A model generated the notes under the pieces. It was given only the letters and a program-made list of their open reading frames with translations. It searched no databases and was not told the DNA's origin. The position numbers and the translations under genes were made by a program. DNA of 64,000 nt from Planctomycetota bacterium (GTDB lineage Bacteria; Planctomycetota; PLA2; JAEUHO01): the NCBI GenBank assembly GCA_965222115.1, contig CBDCTJ010000007.1, positions 1 through 64,000 of the forward strand, given 5' to 3'. Below, piece by piece: positions 59,047 through 64,000 of this stretch. How positions within the stretch are numbered: position 1 is the first letter of the stretch; every line of letters begins with the position of its first letter.

Positions 59047-59204
59047 GGGCCGGGCGCTCCCAGTACACGGACGCGGTGCACATCGCGTCTCGATTTCGAC
59101 CAGCAATGACAACGACATCTCGTTCGATAGGGTCTTAATGTTCGATGAGAAGACCGACGTCATAGGAACGATAGACGTTCGATAACACATGTTACTGACA
59201 CGAT

Positions 59205-60215
59205 CTAACGCCGACTCCGAATGTGGCGTGAGAAACTGGCATCCATCGACGTGGCCGTTCGTGCCAACTCGTCGATGCGATAGTGATTCATGGCTTCCTG
59301 CAGTGGCAAATCGGTGTCGATCAATCCGAGTTCGTGCGCCAACTCACCGGCAAAGCCAGGCAGGAGAATACGCCAATCGAAGGGGATGCGTTTCGGGGCA
59401 AGCTCCAACACGTGGTCCACCATGTTGGTGGTGCAATTGTTTGTGAGCGTGTGGTAGTACTCGGGTTGGATACCCAATGCCGCGGCGCGCGTAAGCATGT
59501 CTACGAATAGCAAGCGCATGCGCTCGCGCGTGGTGCGGATGGGATAGAGCCATACGTCGGACTTGCGATGGTTGGTGCGTAGCCCGATTAGGTCTTGCTC
59601 GGTGCCCACGACGTAAACGAGCTCATACTGTCTGTAGAGACCAGCGAGCGGGTGGTACGACTCGCCTCGTTCGCGGCGTATCTCTACGCTAACGCAAATG
59701 TGTTGCCCATCATCGAAGCCAAAGGAAAGTAATGTGTGCGCAATGCCCTTGAACGGATGAAATCGCTCGACCATAAAATCGACGCTTGAAAGCGCATGGA
59801 GATCCAGTGTTCGCTCTTCGTAGCGCACATCAAAGTCATTGCTGCTGCGGTAGTGACAATTCCGAACGCCCGTCACGCGGAGCTGGCTCCCCACCGGAAC
59901 GAACGTCGAGACCACCTCGACATCGGGCTCCCAGTCGCGCTTCGCTTTGGGCGGAGTCAACACGAGTTCAAACACCATGCACCCGAAGCAAATCCCCAGC
60001 AGCCATGCCGCGACCACGCGCTTCCCTCGAAATAGCAATACGGGAACACCGAGGAGTAGCGCGATGGCCACGATTGAGCCGATGGGGCTTCCAACGCCTG
60101 AAAACCAACACGCGCCGATCGTCCACAGCCAGACGATCCCAAGCCCGATCCACAAGAGCCCACGCGCCATCGTGACGCCAAATCGCCTTAATCGAGGGTG
60201 CCCGCGCAGTGCCAT
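59205..60215 (-). CDS. DUF4105 family membrane protein
   Basis: Three TM, GVRN..YRS, IAHTLLSFGF, SVEIRRERGE.Y, YELVYV, YHTLTNNCTTN. Confidence 0.88.
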   Translation of the reverse strand: MALRGHPRLRRFGVTMARGLLWIGLGIVWLWTIGACWFSGVGSPIGSIVAIALLLGVPVLLFRGKRVVAAWLLGICFGCMVFELVLTPPKAKRDWEPDVEVVSTFVPVGSQLRVTGVRNCHYRSSNDFDVRYEERTLDLHALSSVDFMVERFHPFKGIAHTLLSFGFDDGQHICVSVEIRRERGESYHPLAGLYRQYELVYVVGTEQDLIGLRTNHRKSDVWLYPIRTTRERMRLLFVDMLTRAAALGIQPEYYHTLTNNCTTNMVDHVLELAPKRIPFDWRILLPGFAGELAHELGLIDTDLPLQEAMNHYRIDELARTATSMDASFSRHIRSRR

Positions 60216-60361
60216 GCGCCGGTTGTAGCGCAAGCCCTCACAATCCCCACGCCACATTCGTGCGGTGCCGAGAGAAAGCAGCGAACATCCCGCCGAGCCG
60301 CGTCGTCAGCAGGAAAACACTAGAAACGAATGAACCACAGAACTGAAACGAAGTACACATC

Positions 60362-61171
60362 ATGCCCTCTACACAGGCCCTGATCGACATTGGCGTGAAT
60401 CTCACCCACCGCTCCTTTGCACAAGACCTCGACACGGTGATCGCCAGCGCCCGCGCGGCTGGCATCGTCCATATGGTGCTCACCGGCACGTCGATCGCAG
60501 GAAGTCAGCGCGCCGAAGCGCTTGCGCGCAAGCACAAAGGACTCATGTCGTCCACCGCGGGCGTGCATCCCCACGACGCCAAGTCGTGCAACGACGAGAC
60601 AATCGACGCGCTACGAGAACTATTGAAACACACCCACGTGGTTGCGGTTGGTGAGTGCGGTCTCGACTACAACCGCGACTTCAGTCCCCGCGACGTTCAA
60701 CGCAGATGGTTCGAGGAGCAACTCAAACTCGCCGTCGAAACGCAGCTCCCGATATTCCTGCACGAACGCGATGCCCACGAAGACTTCCATCGCATCCTTT
60801 CAACATACCGAGACGACCTCGTGGGCGGCGTCGTCCATTGCTTTACCGGATCCGAGCAGGCTCTCGATGCCTATCTCGCGCTCGACATGCACATCGGGAT
60901 CACCGGTTGGATCTGCGACGAACGCCGCGGCAAACACCTTTTCGATCTTGCAAAGAAGATCCCCTCGGAGCGTCTCATGATCGAGACCGACGCTCCGTTC
61001 CTCATGCCCCGCGTACCTGCGCTCAAATCCAAAGGTCGCCGCAACGAACCAGCATTCCTTCCGTATGTCGCCCAAGCCGTGGCGTCGGCGCGAAACGAAA
61101 CCGCCGAAACGATCGCTTCCACCACGACGGAAACGGCACGGGCGTTCTTCAACATTGCCACGCGAAGATAA
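60362..61171 (+). CDS. tatD: TatD family DNase
   Basis: IDIGVNL, TAGVHPH, AVGECGLDYNR, FLHERDA, VVHCFTG, GITGWICDERRG, ETDAP, RNEP. Confidence 0.95.
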   Translation: MPSTQALIDIGVNLTHRSFAQDLDTVIASARAAGIVHMVLTGTSIAGSQRAEALARKHKGLMSSTAGVHPHDAKSCNDETIDALRELLKHTHVVAVGECGLDYNRDFSPRDVQRRWFEEQLKLAVETQLPIFLHERDAHEDFHRILSTYRDDLVGGVVHCFTGSEQALDAYLALDMHIGITGWICDERRGKHLFDLAKKIPSERLMIETDAPFLMPRVPALKSKGRRNEPAFLPYVAQAVASARNETAETIASTTTETARAFFNIATRR

Positions 61172-61193
61172 TGTGACAATCGTCGAGTTCTCT

Positions 61194-61952
61194 CTACTTC
61201 GATGCACCCGCTGCCGCGGGCGTATACGCGCGACCGCGAGTCGTTTCAGGCAAATGCTCTGTCAGCTTTGCACCAAAGGCGTGCTTTGCTCGTAGCCCTA
61301 AATCGGACTTCAACCAGTTGAGGCGATCGAGCGAGTTGCTAGTAGCCGCTGCGCCATGTACCGTGATCGAGTCTTCGTTCTTGGCAGCAATCCGAACACC
61401 ACCTAAATACTCGCCGCCATCCAACTTGTAGAGCAGTGCCTCGGCCTTCACCAACCCGGGAACAAATTTTGTTTTATCCGTTGCAAGTGCAGGGAGAACT
61501 TCTCTCTTCATACGCACCAAGAAGACATGCTTGAGTGCCAAGAACTTCTTCATGATCTTTAAGGACGGCGGCCTCGACCCAGGCTTCTCCAGCCATCGCT
61601 GAAACGACTGCAGATCATTGCGGTTTGAGCCGATCAAGATTCCAATTGGCCTGGGCTTAGATTCGAAATAGCCCAACTGCCACACTTCAGTATCACCCAT
61701 CGGCTCCTTGAGCACAACTCGTCCCAATCGCAGATCGAGTTTGGGACGTTCATGAAACCCGTCGCTCGTCAGACTGTCTCTCGATCTGGCATCGGATACT
61801 ACCTTCTTAAGTCGCTCGTGAACAATACGCAACTCGGCACGCTTCTCGCGGGCAAACTTCTTTGCGGGACTCTCCGGCTTGCCATCGCCGCCACAAGCAA
61901 TCAGAGTCATTGATGACGCGCCGACGATCAGGAGGTATACGAATCGTTTCAT
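61194..61952 (-). CDS. Hypothetical lipoprotein
   Basis: MKRF..LIAC lipobox; Lys-rich body; no family recognised. Confidence 0.65.
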   Translation of the reverse strand: MKRFVYLLIVGASSMTLIACGGDGKPESPAKKFAREKRAELRIVHERLKKVVSDARSRDSLTSDGFHERPKLDLRLGRVVLKEPMGDTEVWQLGYFESKPRPIGILIGSNRNDLQSFQRWLEKPGSRPPSLKIMKKFLALKHVFLVRMKREVLPALATDKTKFVPGLVKAEALLYKLDGGEYLGGVRIAAKNEDSITVHGAAATSNSLDRLNWLKSDLGLRAKHAFGAKLTEHLPETTRGRAYTPAAAGASK

Positions 61953-62090
61953 CGCCCGAGTCTACCCTTCACTCGATGTGATGTCTTCGTGTGCGTCGAG
62001 CACTGCTTGGAGCAAGGCAGTCCACGAGATCGAACACAGCCGCCGCCACGAATTCCTAGGTTCCGCCGTGTGCGAACACCTCCGCGCACT

Positions 62091-62927
62091 ATGATCGGAT
62101 TGATGGACGTCACCCAAATTCACCCAGACGTTTCTATGGTGCTTCGTGATGTAGGCAAGCGCGTTCTACTTGGTGGGCTTGGGGATGCACCTTCGTCGGC
62201 TCGCTACAAGGCGCCCTGCGAGATCGTCACGGATGTCGATATACGAGCGGAGCGCGAGATTGGCATTGCACTCGATAAAATCACGCCCGGCATACCCATT
62301 GTGGGCGAAGAACGCGCCACCAATGAACCTAAGCTTCTCACCGACCTCGAATCGCACGAATGGGCATGGCTTGTCGATCCCCTGGACGGAACCAAACACT
62401 ATGCACAAGGGCGCGGCCCGTTCGGCACCATGCTCGCGCTACTACATCGTGGAATAGCTCACGCGTCGTGGATCCATCTTCCCCTCGAAGACACAACCGC
62501 CTTTGCGGCGACAGGCAACGGTGTCACCATCAACGGTGACGCCGTCACATTGAAATCGAAGGCACGCGCAGAACCGCAGCGCGGAGGGCTTCACACGCAC
62601 TTCATGCCCGAGCCAATGAAGTCGAACGCCGCGACGCCGAACGACTTAGAACGCACAGACGGCATGCATTCGTGCGCCGCCAAGCGCTACATTGACATTC
62701 TTCGCGGTAACGAACACTTCGCGGCGTACTGGCGAACTCTTCCGTGGGACCACGCACCGGGCGCCTTCATGATCCAAGAAGCCGGTGGCATCGCGCAACG
62801 CTTTGACGGGTCGCCGTTCGTTGCGAGCGATATCAAAGCGTCCGGATTGATTGTGGCCCAAAATGAAACTACATGGAACGCGGTCCATCGGGCCTTAACG
62901 CGGCGATCGGATGACCTGTCACGTTGA
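62091..62927 (+). CDS. Inositol monophosphatase family protein
   Basis: VTDVD..AE, VGEE, WLVDPLDGT, PWDHAPG..I.EAGG. Confidence 0.92.
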   Translation: MIGLMDVTQIHPDVSMVLRDVGKRVLLGGLGDAPSSARYKAPCEIVTDVDIRAEREIGIALDKITPGIPIVGEERATNEPKLLTDLESHEWAWLVDPLDGTKHYAQGRGPFGTMLALLHRGIAHASWIHLPLEDTTAFAATGNGVTINGDAVTLKSKARAEPQRGGLHTHFMPEPMKSNAATPNDLERTDGMHSCAAKRYIDILRGNEHFAAYWRTLPWDHAPGAFMIQEAGGIAQRFDGSPFVASDIKASGLIVAQNETTWNAVHRALTRRSDDLSR

Positions 62928-62982
62928 AATTCCGGCTTGAGCGCACGAAAGCCACATGCTCCATCCGTTGGCGGAATCGAGC

Positions 62983-63867
62983 CTATTTCTTTGCCGCCTT
63001 CTCCAACGCGGAGATGGCCTCGCGATAGTCGCGCCCCTTGTCTTGGAGCAGCCCGTCCTTGAGATCTGGGCTGAGTTCGAGGGCACTGAGGTGAAGCACG
63101 AGGGCTTCGCGAGCGATCTTTAGCGCGGGCTCGTGTTTACCAAGCGCCGACAATGCGCGTGCTTCACCAAGTTTGGCGAACGCCAACATCTCTTTGGGCT
63201 CGCCCTTCACGCCGGCAAGGGGCTGAAGTCTGGTTTCAATGAACCGGATGATGGAGCGACACACGGTGAGTGCACGGGCGTGTTCGCCGCGGATCATGTA
63301 CATGTCTACAGCATTCATACCCCAGAGGGGGTAGAGCCGGGTTGGGTGGTATCGTTTCGAGGCGTCAGCAAGCGACTTCGCATAACGCATAGAGCGTTCA
63401 AAACAATCGATGGCCTCAGCGTGACGTTTCAACGCCTTCAACACCAGGCCTGCATGGTTCTCTAGCTTGCAGAGAAGACGCTCGTATTCACCAGGAGGTC
63501 CGGACGAGCCATCGATCCCATAGGCCGCAGCACGAGCCTCGTATACCGGGGCAAGAGCGTCTTCGTACTTCTCGTTTTCAAAGCAGAGGATCGAGTACGA
63601 GAATAGAGCACTGATGTACCCTGTCACCAGATGATGGTTATCGGGCGTCTTCACTTGATGGGGGCGAAGCATGTGCGCTGCCTGCTTCGCAAGTCTGCAG
63701 GCACCTTCCAAATCCTTCTTGCTGGCGAGCTCATAGGCACGGCTCATGATTTTGTCGGATTGCGATCTCGCTTCGCCCCATCCGTTCGCCTGCGCAGGCC
63801 CACCAAACGGTAGAAACAAGGCAAGGGCCAAGCAGGTCAGCGTGCTGCATCGATGTGATTTGTTCAC
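62983..63867 (-). CDS. Exported TPR-like repeat protein
   Basis: Signal peptide (AQA), helical repeats such as AGLVLKALKRHAEAIDCFERS and ARALSALGKHEPAL; GTG 63867 after GGAG. Confidence 0.65.
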   Translation of the reverse strand: MNKSHRCSTLTCLALALFLPFGGPAQANGWGEARSQSDKIMSRAYELASKKDLEGACRLAKQAAHMLRPHQVKTPDNHHLVTGYISALFSYSILCFENEKYEDALAPVYEARAAAYGIDGSSGPPGEYERLLCKLENHAGLVLKALKRHAEAIDCFERSMRYAKSLADASKRYHPTRLYPLWGMNAVDMYMIRGEHARALTVCRSIIRFIETRLQPLAGVKGEPKEMLAFAKLGEARALSALGKHEPALKIAREALVLHLSALELSPDLKDGLLQDKGRDYREAISALEKAAKK

Positions 63868-64000
63868 GACAGGGCTCCGCGTGGTCGGCAGACAATCTGG
63901 ACCATTCAGAATCCTGAGCCGCGAAGACGGTCGAATTTCAAATTGGGTCTTCGTCCGGATCACAATGTGCGCATACTCTTCTGCCCCAGGTCGTCTAACT

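Noticed and set aside
59044-59110. TGA aligned to a paralog Cys in a selA-positive genome, suggesting selenocysteine readthrough
   Set aside because: Readthrough adds only about 20 unrelated residues before another TGA, homology does not continue in frame, and no convincing SECIS sits at the expected distance.

Overview
GC-rich bacterial chromosomal segment, most likely Planctomycetota (inferred from ECF sigma factors with long fused extensions, carboxypeptidase-regulatory-like membrane proteins, FdxA-type ferredoxin and REP-like palindromes). It is mostly housekeeping: partial selA, mutS, trmB, tRNA-fMet, class II RNR nrdJ with tandem NrdR-like boxes, dcd, argS, apt, tRNA-Arg(CCT), purE, mgtE, tatD, several peptidases and transporters. 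I see no prophage, CRISPR array, intact transposase or defence island. The main find is an 81-aa stand-alone histone-fold gene (14453-14698) with a ~25-aa Lys/Arg-rich N-terminal tail. Also notable: two covarying hairpin repeats next to tRNA-fMet, a 248-bp TIR-bounded MITE-like element with a 36-bp mini-relative, a candidate Fur-boxed sRNA divergent from a ferredoxin, an ECF sigma that seems to need a non-canonical GTT start, an NPEPL1-like aminopeptidase and a cysteine dioxygenase/aminotransferase pair. All family calls come from motif recognition by eye; no searches were run, and several start codons are best estimates.
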